Part shown: one piece after another, positions 1 to 14,516 of the stretch | Layout: each line of letters begins with the position of its first letter | How positions within the stretch are numbered: position 1 is the stretch's first letter | NCBI GenBank assembly: GCA_002633005.1 | Contig: NMRA01000067.1 | Coordinates: 154,752-218,751, forward strand | DNA from: Phoronis australis | Taxonomy: Eukaryota; Animalia; Phoronida | Length of the DNA: 64,000 bases | Reading direction: 5' to 3' | Program-made: the position numbers and the translations under genes | Notes under the pieces: model-generated | What the model was told of the DNA's origin: nothing | What the model saw: only the letters and a program-made list of their open reading frames with translations | Database searches by the model: none

Positions 1-3000
1 CACAGTGCATAGCCGCCTGTTTTTGTAAGCAAATCATTGCCAAGTGGTCAACAGATCATGTAAATAGCGAAGAAAAATGTACCAGTACAGACCTACGGAG
101 TCATCAAGGTGCAGTAAGAGTTGATACCAACACCGACCACCAGGGACACTAATGCAAGTTGAATGTAAGAAAAACAGCAAGGAACAATTTTCTTAACATT
201 TTATGCACCAAACTAACAGAGCACTTTCCCCATTCAGAAACTGGGACACTTAATTGTAAAGTAAAACAAGGTCTGCTTTTCCACAAGAAAATGTAAGACA
301 GTGAATTTACTCCTCCTTCAAAGGCAAAAACACTCCAATTAAGCATCTATTTAATTCAATCAATCACTCAGCTGTCTAGTCAATCATTAGGTAATTTAAG
401 AAAAGATGAAACAAATCCTGAAAGGAACATTTTTGACATTCTTGTCTTACATTCTTTAGTCACCACAGACAATCATCAACTCAGCATAGTAATTTCCAAA
501 GGACTCATCACACTCTGTAGTAACCACCATTGTATGTGCAGGGTCATTTATCACAAATACTTTGTATATACTTATTTACATAGCAATTAGTTTTAATTAA
601 GATCATCAATCATTACTGCTGGCCAGAGCAGCAGGGTTCCTGGTTATATAATCAAGATGACCAGTTGGTGGAGTGACCAGTTCAGTAGAGTGACCAGTTG
701 GCTGAGTAAGGGGACAACTTATGTAAACAAACAAGACAACATAATCCTGTGTATGTTGTCGCCATGGCTTTTGGCTGTGAGAACTAAACCTTCCTGCATC
801 ATGCAACCAAAGACGCTTCATTAGACATGTCACTTAACATTATCAGATGGCTTTAAAATGCCAGTCTTACATAAGAGAAAGACAAAGGCTGAAGGTCCAG
901 GACAGACAATTTCCTTGGAGAGGAGGGGGTCAGGGTGCAAAAGAACTTGACTGGTAAAGATTAACCAGACTAAAATGATCTCTTCATTCTGAAATAAGAA
1001 ATTATGATTGAGGTACACAGGAGTCATTTAAGAAAACTGTCATCATGGATTAATTGACCAACAGGGACTCAAGTCTATAGGCCAATTGAAAGATCCTATG
1101 GGATACATTTTTTCTGACCTTAACAAATTTGTTTTTTTGAGAACAGCATCTTTTTCAAGTCATTTTGTCTATTACATGACAGGTGATTGGCAAAGGACTT
1201 GTTGTTTCAGACTGGGCGTACCCCTCTAGATTAGATCCTATTCCAAACACCTTGTTCAAGAATGGCATTATCCTCAACACACTGAGTAAAAAATGAAGTA
1301 TTGCAGTGCACTAGAAACACATTGCCCCAACAAGAGTTGTCAACAAGAATTTAAGTTGGAATTTCAAAATGTAAACACATGCAGTGGTACAACTCTGTTG
1401 AACAGTGTGTTCCTGGGTTAATGAGTTTGTTGAAATAACAAAACTAAAGAGAACACATTCAACAGTTGCAGAAACAGTGGATTTCAATGGTAAATTTTAT
1501 TGTTCATGACAGTCAGTTGGCAAGGTTAATGCCAAGATTTCCATGTTGGCTGTTAAGGCACAAATACAATAAAGCATTTTGACAGCGTCCAAACAACTAC
1601 CAAAAGATTTCAACACTAGTTTGTTTTGAGTTAGTATTTGAATCACAAACAGACGATTATCCTAATAGCGGGTATTCATCAGTACCAACAAAACCACCTA
1701 GAAACAAAAACAGGCCATTATCTAAAATTTCCAAACAAAAAATACACCAAGTCAAAAATTCAACCCAATCTTTCAAAGCTCACCAGCAAGAGGGACTAGT
1801 CTTTTCCACCAGATCAGAATATGATTGATTTTCATCAAACAGTACAAACCCATTGACAAATGCAACGCTGTCACTTTCAAATTACCAGCAAGGATTAGCC
1901 TATATATCTACTGATGACAGGTTGCAGCAAATGGTTGACTTTGTAGTAACAATAATTACTGTCAGTGTGTACTCTAATTCTCTAGTAGGAATGACAGAAA
2001 AGCTTTCATAAAAGGTGGAAATGACACAAAATTACTATTCTACGCAACTGAATAAGCTCTAAGTCCAGACTTAACACAGCGACAACCAATAGAACTTCCC
2101 AATGAATCATATATTTGGTTTCATTCATGAAAAACGATGAGTACGCACCATTATTCAATTGCCACAGATGAGACCAAAAAGCATAATTGGTACTGGTCTC
2201 TGCTTTGTTTTGTGGTGCAGTAGTTTTTGGATGCGCACTTCTTCAACAAAGAAAATGCAACTGAGACGAGCAAAAACAACGCAAGATTTTGGTCTCACTC
2301 ATCCAAAGGCAAATGTTACTTGAGAGTTGCGAGGCTTTGTGCAGCTTTTCAAAGAAATACGAGACCTTGGCTAAAATTGACACAGGCGGGCATTTTTTTG
2401 GTAGGTGAGCGCAGTTCTCAAAATGACTTGCATGCTGTTCTCTGCCCCAACAGCATTTAACAACGAATGTTGGCCATTACATGCACAGCCTTTCAGGAAG
2501 ATGCTCTAGATTGTATCACAACTAATCATGGCGACCTAAAACTACAACAACAGAAAATCCCCAGTAACAAGACAAGTGTGCCACTTTTCATTCAACAAAG
2601 TCTTTATATCCAATCCCAGATGTCACTGGATTCTCCACTTTTGAAATCCACAAGTAGCTCAATTATTCCGTACTTGGCGTCGCTAGAAAACTGACAAAAA
2701 CCCGCCCTACCTGACTTCACTGCGCACCAGAATGTGTTGTCTTTTCAATACTTGACACTGTTTTCAAATCCAATCAAGGAGTTAGATCAGTAAAGCACCA
2801 GGCAGCCTCTGTCTTTGGTGATGGTTTTCAAACTGTAAGTCTGTTGGAATGTGGACAGAGTGTGTGCAACAGGCCCAGTGAGGCTCTAAATAGGTGGACT
2901 ACACAAGTACACATGGCCGGTCTGACAGAACGATGATGGATTGGGTACTGAGAAAACATGGCAAATGCCACAAATGATGAAGAACGGGGAAGATTCATGT

Positions 3001-4801
3001 TACACTCTGAAGTTGGGGGCGACCAAGATTTGTTCAAGCAAGCCATACCTAAGAGCATATAAAAAATGGCTGCCTTTGAATTGTTTAGCACAGTCCTGCT
3101 CAGTTAAGCATTTCTTAAAGACATGAGGAAGAAGATGGGAAATAGGTTACTACTGAAACAAAGTAATACAAAACTGAAAAAAATAAAGGTCAAAGACTGT
3201 TCCTGAGTCAAACAAACATCTTTTACCCAGCCTCTGCCATGACAATAGGATTTCATAGGTACATGTTTGCATGCATTGGCCAAGTGAATATACATAAGCA
3301 TTGTAGCAATATGTTCTTACAGGTTACTTCCTTAGTTTTCTATACGGTGAAAATAATTGATAAACTTGTTGTTTCCATTTTAAAATGGTCCACTTATTCG
3401 GGATTCTCCCTGAGCAAAAATTTAAGCAAGACGCAAAGTGTTCATCATGTTTTCAAGTCCTAATCTTCCTTTCAGTTCATTCATAAAAACACTATCGTTT
3501 CACGGCAAAATAAAGAAAAAGTATGTACCACAATGCATCACTATTTCAATCATTTGTCTTGTGAAGCAGAAAAAATTTGCCTTTTCAAACATGGCTCAAA
3601 ATTTCGAAATGTGGCACAACACATTTCAAACACGTAGCGAGAACACTGATTACCCACAAATTGTCAAAATTTATCTTTGTGGACAGCCGTGCAGTACAAA
3701 CTACTGCGGAAATGATGTAAAACTTTCTTAATAATTGTTTTGTTAAGAAATTTGACAAAATGAAATCCCATTTTTCACTTTATCAATTTAAATGGTTAGT
3801 ACAATTTATTATTTAAACACCTGCAGGAACTTGATCAACACAACTAATTTGATGATTCTTCAAAAACACAACTGCCATGATCTTACACTCTCAACAAGTA
3901 ACAACATTTTGGCTAATTGCTCCATTAAACAAAAATAACAGCAATAGTCGTGTCATTTCTTCAATTTTTCAGAGGCCGACCACCTTGCTATTACTAAATC
4001 AAGCCATTAACAGTTGCTTTTATAATAGCTGTTTAAAAAAGTAAGTTCACTTTAATTTAATTTTGTCCAGACTGTAGGTGGAATAAAATCCTCTTCCAGC
4101 CATATTGTGTGCTAAAAAGGTGAACAACTGACGCAGCCCAACTAGTTCTTCCATTCACTCTCCCCAAGCCCCTCTAGTGCGACCTCCCATTGAAGGCCTT
4201 CCACTTGTACCTTCTTGGTCAAATTAGGTTTCCTGCTAGGCGTCTGCCAGATAAATTAAACCAGAAGGACAACACAGAGCCGGGATTGGTAAAAAGTGAA
4301 CGAGATTAAACAAAGCGTGCAGTTTTTTAACAAGAACACGTCTCTCGATTTGCCACTTAACAAGTCATAGAATTAAGGACAGGTTACAGAAGATAAGTGG
4401 AATGAAACCTATGTCCAATTTAAGTAGTGCTCAGTTGACACGGCGGCACCGTCGTATTGTGCGTGACACATTGCATGAATCATTCCGCAACCTACCAGAA
4501 GAAAATACAATTTCATGCCCGCCAAACTTATTTGACAGCAAAAAATAGTCGTGGAACTTCGTAGGTGACCCAAAGTGGCAGCGGCATAAATTGTAATTTG
4601 AAAAACAAAGCCTATCGCGATGTTATAACTTGATTTGAGATCAGCAAGTACAACCTGTCACAGATGAGACTGTGTTATCAATTAGCACAGCCTACCCGGG
4701 CCAATGCTGGCAAAACAGTTATTGGCAAATGGAAATACACTATCAATTTATTATGATAACTACTCTGGGCTATTGATGGTAAAACCAGGATAGAGGTGTC
4801 T

Positions 4802-4918
4802 TGCAACAGACATCTGGAACTGGGATGGAATGGCAACAGTCTAGAACTGGCATGGAATGGCAACAGTCTAGAGCTGGCATGGAATGGCAACAGTCTAGAA
4901 CTGGCATGGAATGGTAAC
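4802..4918. repeat. Tandem repeat, 27-bp unit, about 4 copies
   Basis: Unit TGGCAACAGTCTAGAACTGGCATGGAA. Confidence 0.9.
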
Positions 4919-7900
4919 GCAGCTTTATTACACATTACGATCAAATGGCTAAACATTACCAGTGCCAACAACGCCAACTGGATTTTGATTGTGCATTATT
5001 ATCCGAGATTGGCTGATAGGACCTCCAAATCAAGCTGTGAAGAAAGACCATTTCTAAACCAATCTGAACTGTTTGTGCTGAGCCACAAGAACTTATGATG
5101 GTAAAAACATCAAACTTCACAAACACAATGAAATGAATCTTTAACAAACTGAACAAATGACAACACCACCACATTGGTGACACCATGTTAGCCACTGTTT
5201 CATGATGACACAGTCGCCATCCTACCCTGAGACACCAACAGGACCTGGGGAGTTGTCCAAGCTGTGAATCACTTCACAACCTTGTGGTAATGAAACATGG
5301 CACTCCTTGCACCAGCAGATTAACTCAGTTATTTATGACATAACTGGATTACAGACACCACAATACTGGAGCTTACCCAGTGACTTCCCACTGAACATTC
5401 ACCATCCCATTTGTCCTGGAACAGACAGTCCATGAAACATGGAGACAAGCTCTGACATCAAGAGTCAATGAAGGATGATGGATGTAAGTGACAATTGATA
5501 ACCCAATGACCCAACAGGCCCAGAAACATAGAGACTGACCATAGCACCTGAAAGAGATTCTTCCCTAAGATTTAACTAATGATTTCCCATGTAAACCAAT
5601 CACTGCATCTATGTAACAATCTTGATGATGGAGCAGGAACGCTATTGTTTCTACACAATGCCGCTTTTTGTTGACTTGCGAATGCTGTTCTAACAATTCA
5701 ATATCACTTATTTCTCAATAACTTTAAAACATATTTTGTTTCCACCTAATCTAGCCTTTAACCCTCTGAGATAAATCTATAACTCAGGAAACTTATTTCC
5801 TCTACTTTTGCTGGGGCAGGCTAATTATTCATTTTCACTATTGAAATAATCTTTAATCAGAAGGAAAAACATGTTGTGAAGTTGTATATATTTTATGGTC
5901 AGTGGCACAGGAAGAGAGAACAAAATTAATTTTAATTTACACCTAAATATAACCATTACCTGCATTATGAGGATATTATTACACAACATTAACACAAATC
6001 AACCTTCCTCTCTGAACATAATTGACTTTTAACCAGCGTTGACTGTGAGCTGCAAAAAACCAAGACTTTCACAAAACCATGGCAAGAGATCACATGGGGA
6101 CAGACGACTTATACTGTGCTTAGTAGTCAACCGAAAAAAAGCAAGTTCCCTTTTATGCAAACCCTGCTGAAAAGACATTGTATGTATTCACGCATGGTGC
6201 TGCACTCTGTTGGAAATCATTTGCACCATGTTTGGAAATCTTAAGGCACGTTTGAAAAGCCATTTTTTTTCTGTTTTACAAGAGAAATTATAGAAATAGA
6301 GCTACCTGATGGTACTTATTTTTATTTTATTGCAGTGGAAATGATGGTGACGTGCCAGTGAAAGTAATATGTATAAAAGCAATAGTTATTTTTCTGAATT
6401 AACAGAACAGAAATTAGGACACAAAAACATGATGCGGAATTTATACCATGTATGAATTTTTGCTCAAGTCTTGGTGAATGCCACTTTACTAAGAACCTGA
6501 GATAACTTCTCCTACAGCTAGGTGGCAGCACGTGTCACTCGACCCATGTGACCAACTGTCAACTTCACAAAAATCTACCAGTAGGCTGGTGGTGCACAAG
6601 CCTGTCAAGGCAAAACAGCTTTCTGAATTAAAGGCATTGCCAGCAGTAAACACAAGCCTAAGTAAGTTGTTCTCTCACCAATATACACTGGTCAGGTTAA
6701 TCTCTTTCTTCACCAGATAGTGTTTCATTGCAGCAGTAGCTCAGGTAGACAGATACAAGTGAGGCAATCAGTATCAATATACCTCGACTCAAGGTAAACA
6801 CTGCACAGGTGCATGAGTCATCAATCACTGCAGCAGGAACAACTGGCAACCATGGACGTAGACTGCGCATATGCCACTAGGTGGCCCACCAGGACTAGCA
6901 GACTTTCAGGTAGAAAATGGTATCATGATTATCAAACAAATGAAAAATGGTTTTATTAATGATGCCCGAATGTGTTTTCTGTTTCCATCTTTGAATCATC
7001 AATTCAACTTTTTTGAGTTCACCACAATTGAATTTCATTTTAGTTGTACAGCATCAATAAACCCGTTCCTTTTGCAAAATTCCAAATTTCAATTTCTTGT
7101 TTCTTTCTCAGTCTAGAATGGCTTGCCAGGGAAATTCCAAGCATTTTATTGCAACCAATTTCAATTCAATCAAAGGATAAGAAGGCATGAGGTTGCTTTG
7201 GGAGACCAATTATAGCAGCGAAGAAAGTCACTTTTGATGACATAGCATGGTTTAAAGTGGCTTTAAAAACTGTAAGCTGCTTAATAGACCGATGCTTACA
7301 GCCATATACCGGTACTCACAAGCCATTTTAAATTCAAAGTGTGGCAAAAACGTTTCCACTGTTACTAACTAATAAGGAAAAGTGCACAAGTTGTCTGGGC
7401 TTACAAAGACCATATTATTAAAATTAAAAATGCTGTTTTGCTTTTGTTATCAGAACACAATCTCGTTGTTTTACCATTCTGAGTAGCCAGCTCACCTATT
7501 CAGGATGATCGAAAATCCTGAACAAACCGCTAGTCTTTGTGCCGTGACCAATGCGCCATTCCACGTCCTCACACATTACATTAGGCAGATGGCATAAGAA
7601 CATGAGTTGCCTAACGAATCAGAAACATTTCTTCACTTTTTTTGACATACTAGCCAACTCAGATAGGTGATAATACCATGTCCACTTAACGGCCCTTAAG
7701 CACCCGGAGACTGCATCACATTCAGTTTGCATTACATTACAAGGTGGTCAGGTAAGTCAAAAACAGGCCAGCATGATGAAAATCGCGTTTCAATCTTGTC
7801 TTCAAGTCCCATTCCATATAATAACATTTCCTTTTGATAACTTAAACGAAGTGAAATTTTGAAACCACAAACAATGTTATCAACAGGAGGGTACATTTAC

Positions 7901-10900
7901 TTGACTCCATAATGGTAATTTTCAAAATGGTTGACAATGTTATAATTTAGTTGATGCAAACCTTGTAATCCCACACCAAACACAACAGAAACATGAAAAA
8001 ATAACCTACTTCTGTACTGTTAAGCATCAAACCAGACCACTCAAACATATGTGAAAGTGATATCTATCATGAAATAGCATATGGCAGTCAACAAGTTTCA
8101 GTAAAAATGAGGCTATAATTAGGCTCAGACCAAACTTAGCTTGGACAAAATAGTAGCATTCAGGAGACAATAAAGTGCTAACAGTGTATTGAAAAAAATC
8201 TTTTGGCACTTTAATGGACTTGATCATCATTTATTTAAAGTGGATACACCAAGACAGCAAAATTGAGTAAGATGCAACAAACCACTGAGATGTCTCACTT
8301 CACATCTCAGATGTTTGAACAGTAAGAGACATCTATTAGATAAAGTTCAAAGCCAAGTAACAAATGCAGACAGATACACACCTAGTGGCAGAATTAAGAA
8401 CTAGATTTGCATCTGTGACCAAGTGTCACTGCTGACCTTCATGTCAGAAAATGCAACAAGTGGACATCATGTGTGCAGGTCATGCCTGGAGTTTTGGAGG
8501 CTATGTTTAGAAAGTGTGATCTTTGAGGCTATGTCTGTTTGGGCCACTCATTGTTTTCTACCTTTTACTACTTGTTTACTGATTAAAATATCTCTTTCAG
8601 TTCAGAACACTTTGTTTAGTGGATAATGTTAATTAACACTAATCTACAAAACATGTTAATGGTGTAAATACTAAGATGGTTATATTTTGATTTAAACAGA
8701 GCATTTGAATGTTATACATCGAAACGAATCATAATGTTTGATCCTGCAACAAAAAATCCACCAGGTCACGCGTTCTCAGTTTGAGAAAGCGAAATTTGGT
8801 GTCGTTTACTCCAGCCACCATTTTGTTGGCGTACACCGAAAATAAAATTAAAAATTCTACACATACAAGTTTTCATATTTGATATTTGAACTAAGCGAAC
8901 TTCACACTGAAACGGCATGACTTAGAAAATACGTTTTCATTTCATTTATGTCTATTTGAAATTTGTTTTATGTATTAAATTGAACAGGAAACAATGTCAT
9001 AAATTAACATATTCATTGATTTAATGAGGCATCACAGTTAAACCGAATGTTGTTAAGCAAGAGAACTTTTTACCCTTCCATCCATTATCAACTTTATTTT
9101 ACCCTCCATACTTCTAAACCTCCCCTCCACTTAACTCCCAAAATCTCGATTCTATTTTACCCCCCCCCNTAAACTTCCCCTACACTTTACTTTTCAAAAA
9201 CTCCCCAGATCAAGAATCCACATATCTGCCCCAGCAGTTACCCTAAAGCTTTCCAAGCACAATACAGAGTAAAAAACCTCATGTCCTTTAAGCCACTTCC
9301 ACCAATACTGTGATGCCCAAGTGACCTTTTAAGATCACCTAAAAGTAACCATGGAAACATTTTACAGAACATCATAAGTCACAATGTTGACATTGGCCTT
9401 TCAAAGATATCAGAGACCTTTGATAGGCGCAGCTGAATAAAAATAAACAACCCTAAGACTATGCAGCCATTTTGTTATGAAGGCCTTGTTGATAATAACA
9501 GTTCCAAGACATTTCAGAGTCCTCAAATTTAGGAGTTCCTGTAAAGGTCATACATACTCTGTTACACATTCAGTAAGGTCACGTGGGACCTTATCAACAA
9601 ATCTGTGCATTATGGCAAATATAAACAAAGCTTTTGAATTTGAACTTTGGGTACAACTCAAGTATATCTTTTTTAAAAGTAGAAAGCTGTAGAATTTGAC
9701 TGTTTACTTCACACCGACTATCTGTCTTGAATTGGGTCACATGACCACGTCTTCTTATTAAAGTTAAGCAAAAAAGACAGATACATTCATAGAAAAACAA
9801 CAGTGTCAATAACACGAACAAACTCCACTCCATAGAAATATTCAAGATAAAGTTTCAAAAATACTGTACTTTATAGTTTTCAAAATCATTTCGTTTTCAT
9901 GTTAAATACAACTTTCTAAGTTTTTTCACAAAATAATAAAAAGTACTTTTGACAGAGCCTCGTGCAATACTGGAACACTTTAAAAACAAATATGGAGAAC
10001 AGTGAATAAATCAAACTTAGTAGTGCACAAAAATAGACTCCTTCTTTACAAACTGAAATCCCGTAATTGCCCTTAAAATTGCAGTTAGCAATTTTTCCAA
10101 AGTGCTCATCTTCAAGTGCTAATCACCATTACTGACTTCTGAGTAATCAGTTAAGTAGAGCATTACATTCAAGTGGAATCATGTGGTAGATATTATCCTT
10201 CTCTAAGTCTTTAACTAAGAGGATAAAAGCTTATTACCAGAAAGTTACTCTGCCCAATAAAACAGAAAACATTTAGATTTTTAGACCTTTACCCTTGGAG
10301 GTGCATTAGAGGACTAAAGATTGGATGTTTTGTATAGCGCCTTCTACTTTCAATGCTTCTGTAACAGTTCCAATATGCATAATTGCTTAACACGTGAATG
10401 ATGTGAAAATTCCTCCACACAACTACCAAGAACCACGACAAGGCAAAGTTTTGTGGCAAAATATGGGTAATATCTTAGACAAAAGTTAAGGGATTTGACA
10501 GTTGATGATTTCAAACCCAATAAAAACGCACAAGACACGTTTTATGTGGTCAAACTATGAATGACAGTGTCACGTTTACAGAGGTTAGAAAGAAAAGCAA
10601 ATGGAACATTAGGAATTTATCCCTGAGAATTTGAGGCGTGGCTTTGAAACTGGGTAACAATGTCAGGAGTGAAAAAGATGTAGGATACTTGATGAAAGTT
10701 TAGGAATAATAGAAATTTAACAGGCGCAACTACTAGCAACATTGCACCTTAGTCCTGCTGAGTTGGGCATCACAGAGACTTCACCTTAGACTGCCCTTCC
10801 CGCCTGTCATCAGTCCACGATTTTTGCCTTCAAATTCATTTAAAGTGTTTATATCTGCTTCAAGTGAAAGATAGCCGCAAATCGGATCGGGAGATTGTAT

Positions 10901-13124
10901 GTGTGTTAAAAAATGGCAAAAACACTTCAGCGAGACGGTGAAATGGTTAAGTAACTTGTTTTTCTAAAAAGAATTAGCCTAGCAGAGGTAGTGAGATACT
11001 GCACTCACCTGTCGATCAGACAGGGAAACAAAGAGAATAGGAACTATCCCCAGGAAAAGGTTTATAAACAACACTTTGCGAAAAATAAACAAATTCACTG
11101 TTCATTTCAATCATCATGTTGAACAAAGATAAAATCAAATTTGCTGAAGAGAAATAAAAATATAAAATTTGTTAGGTCAAACCTATCTTAAAAGACCTTA
11201 ACGTAAAGAGCAAAATTAATTTGAGAAATGAACAGGACAGACAGTAAGGTAGATATGCCATTCTGCAATTGGAATTTTGGTGCTGTTATAGTTATTACAA
11301 GTCATTTTATCTGACATAATGGTAAAATAGTATTTTGTGTAATTAGTTTTGTCGTGCACTATATCAAAATTATAGATTTCCACATGGAGTAAAACAATTT
11401 CATTCAAGAAAACTATCCAACTCCATTGTTTGTCACATCCCCGTCTGACTTTTCACAGTAAACGAATTTTGCTCTAAAGAGTTTGGCTGAACTAAAGTGA
11501 AGTTTGAACTGTTGGGAGATTAGTCATTTCTTAAATAATTTAGGACGTTTTGAACTCTTGGCTCCAGTTCATTGTATTGGTTTCAAGGCTCCATATGTAA
11601 AACCTCTACAGGATAAGCCAGGAATTTGAAATTGTTCACGTTGAGTTTGAATTTTCTGTTGTGGAGAATACTAACCTGGATATTTGCCAATAACTTTTTC
11701 AGTACAAGAAAATGGCACTGTCAACTATAAAAAAAATTGTTACAACAAAAAATTGCAACAAAAACATAGTTGCAGTTGGTTAGCTGAGTGTTAAACTTTC
11801 CTCATACAGCAAACTAATCAAAGAAGGAAAAGGAATTGGCAACAATGTTGCAGTTCCATCAATGCCTGCAACCTAGGTTCAATATTCCATGGACTAAACC
11901 TAGTTACCTAATCCAAAAATTGAATTTGAAACTCATGTTGTTTTGTAAATATTTTTTATATAAAAGGTTTCTCTTTTACTGCATTTTACTGTAAACTGAG
12001 ACCCTTGAAATGTTGTTTCTGGAGATGGTGTTTCTAACTGTACTTTATTTTAAGATATTCATCACGTTAAGTCGGTAGATTAATTCCTATTTTGCTTTTT
12101 TGTTAAAGTGTCAAGTTTGACATAACTCCAAATTGAGTCACATATCAAAATTTGGCAGTGTAAATACTGATACACAAACTTGCCATATTATCAACTTCTA
12201 AACAGTGTATCACCCCAAACCAAGAACGAAAACAAAAGTTTCAGAGATGCCAAATTTGGGGCTACTTGTAGCTTCAGTCTTTCAGAAAATTATTTTTTCA
12301 AATCATCTAAAATATTCGCTACTTTAAAAATACTTTGTTACCTCATATCTTATCCTAAGGATCAGAAGTTTGAAAAAAGAAGTGATTTACTTTAAAACTC
12401 TTGTCTTTGTCTTTACGGAAAGTACATGCGTAAAGTACATGCGTATAGCAAATAAATAGAATGATGCTATGATGTATTTACAAAAATGTTAACAAATGAA
12501 GTATTTTCATGAAAATCCCTTTCAAAACAGTGATTTACAAATACACCTCGAAATACTGTACTGACCAATGTGTAACTCTTGAAAATAATGGAACTGTTCT
12601 TCAGAGAAGGAAACAAAGAATACAAATTTTCCAATTGCAAATTTATAGAACGCTTTTTAAAGCATCTATAAATTTGTAAATTAAAAGATGTGAAAAACAT
12701 TTCAAAAGCATAAAACAATTTATTGGTGAACTAGAATAGATTTTTTTTTCATTTCACTCACTATATCAACTATTTCTATTTTTAAGAATTTTTAAACAAA
12801 CATATTAAATTCGATAAAAACAACTACTGACAGAAACTTCAATTTCACAATTTTTGTTCGGCCCACCCTCTATTGGCCAGCACGTAAAACTTGAAAGTCT
12901 TCGTGACGGAGCAGCGCAGTGAAGACATATCGACAAATAAATAGACTTTAGTGTCTCAGGAACAATACATTATACAGCAACTCATAATATTCACGTGTGA
13001 TTTCACGTTACATATACCTGTAGATACCAACGATAGCCCTTTACCATCGGACAAAACTTTGCAAACTTTCGCAGTCAACCACCGCTTCACGCTTTCGATG
13101 CAGTTTCTTCAAACTCTTGCTTAC

Positions 13125-13223
13125 CTTGGAAATTAATGTATACACGATTAGACCCAAAAGTATATTACTTAATATGTCTCTAAATTCATATGTGCGTGTC
13201 CTGTATTCAAAGTGTTGTTTCAT
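13125..13223 (-). CDS. Putative first coding exon (signal-peptide-like) of a divergently transcribed gene
   Basis: ATG at 13223; MKQHFEYRTRTYEFRDILSNILLGLIVYTLISK then consensus donor AAG|GTAAGC; hydrophobic core; located at the skew switch and CpG-richer island. No downstream coding exon identified in the window. Confidence 0.5.
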
Positions 13224-13771
13224 TGGTACCGCTTGAGAGATTTAAACTTTTATATATAACATTGATGAATAAGTTCGAATGCTCCGCAACTTGTTGACAT
13301 TGTTGTAGACACTAGTAAATGAGGTGTCGTTTCACTCGCTGGCTTATTTTCAAACGGAGTGCGGTGCAAGGCACATGTTAGGATTGTTGACCCTATTACT
13401 CGTAAACGATCGCGTTGATAGTTCGAGAAGATCACAGTGTACATAGTTAGGGTAGATAGTGATTGGTAGTGAAGTAGGTATTGTCGCTGAAAATGAGGAA
13501 GAGAAAAGATGGGATCGGTTACTTTGGAAGAACTAATGTCGTCTGCTTTCTCGCACTGCTGTCGACCTGTTTGAGCTCTGGTAGGTTACCGTTCACGAAG
13601 TTACGATTTGTTTACAACTGTCTTACACTATAATACAAGTTGTATAGAACTTCCACGTTTAAAGTCCCCGAATTTGAGTTTTGTTGGCTCTTAGACTGGT
13701 GATTTTTCACCGAGTTGATGCAGCCCAACTGGCGAAAGGGGAGGAATTGTTTTCATTGTAAACGATTTATG

Positions 13772-14516
13772 TAGGGACGTGACAAAGTCTTGTCTCAACG
13801 CTGATTGGCTTTTCCCAGATATTGCGTAATGGCGATTATCGATAAGACAGCCATTGTCTCACGGTGGCTATAGTATTTCAGCTCTCTCTCCTCCAGAAAC
13901 CAAGAAAACAGGGAACCACATTATTGATGACGTAGACCGTAAATTCTTCTGGGNGTCGTTAATGCAGTAATGTTGGCAGCCATTTTGGCAACTATTGCGG
14001 AAATGTCGAAAATATTGCCTAAACATGTTTTTCTCCATTCTCTTCAAAAAAGCAATGAAAAGACCTATCATTTGGTATATCACACCATATAGTTTGTTAA
14101 TGGTATATTACACCATATAGTTCATTAACGTAAAACAATAAGACGTTTTTGCAGTCATAATGGTGGCCATATTGTCCGCCATTTTGGAATTTGGAATTTT
14201 TTGTTTTCTTAAAAATGTTTCTCACCAAGTAAATGCTAGGATTGTCATATCCTGAAATTTTCATGTTGTTATTAAAAGTATTGAGGAAGTTATTGTGAAA
14301 AAACTAATTTTGGGTCACATGAATGCGCATTTACTCCCATGTATTCAGAGGACTAAAAAAAAGGGCTAATTATCGCTCTTCAAACGTTCATAAAAAGTCA
14401 ACGGCTTAATGGATTTTGTTAATTTTTTTTTTGTTTGACTCTGTTTTTGATGTTTTATTAAATCGATGCATTTTTAAATATTAAATAAGAATTTGAAATT
14501 TTTTGTCACGTCCCTA
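13772..14516. mobile_element. Non-autonomous DNA transposon (MITE), 15-bp perfect TIRs, 9-bp TSD
   Basis: TAGGGACGTGACAAA...TTTGTCACGTCCCTA flanked by CGATTTATG at 13763-13771 and 14517-14525; internal N at 13954. A 9-bp TSD suggests Mutator-like, but the superfamily is not certain. Confidence 0.9.

Noticed and set aside
4796-5098. ORF with repeated NGNSLELAW and the antisense LLPFHASSR ORF
   Set aside because: Produced by a 27-bp tandem repeat that happens to be open in frame; no splice sites or domain support.
6720-6850. Clusters of AP-1, E-box and Pbx-like motifs (also about 42550-42600)
   Set aside because: Short motifs are expected by chance and cannot be called enhancers without conservation or chromatin data.
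9060-9240. C/T-rich low-complexity tract with poly-C
   Set aside because: Low complexity next to an N; no clear periodicity or function.
1-11000. Search for Ig-domain exons of the putative divergent gene
   Set aside because: No - strand ORF or exon with Ig Cys/Trp patterns was found; the region looks intronic.
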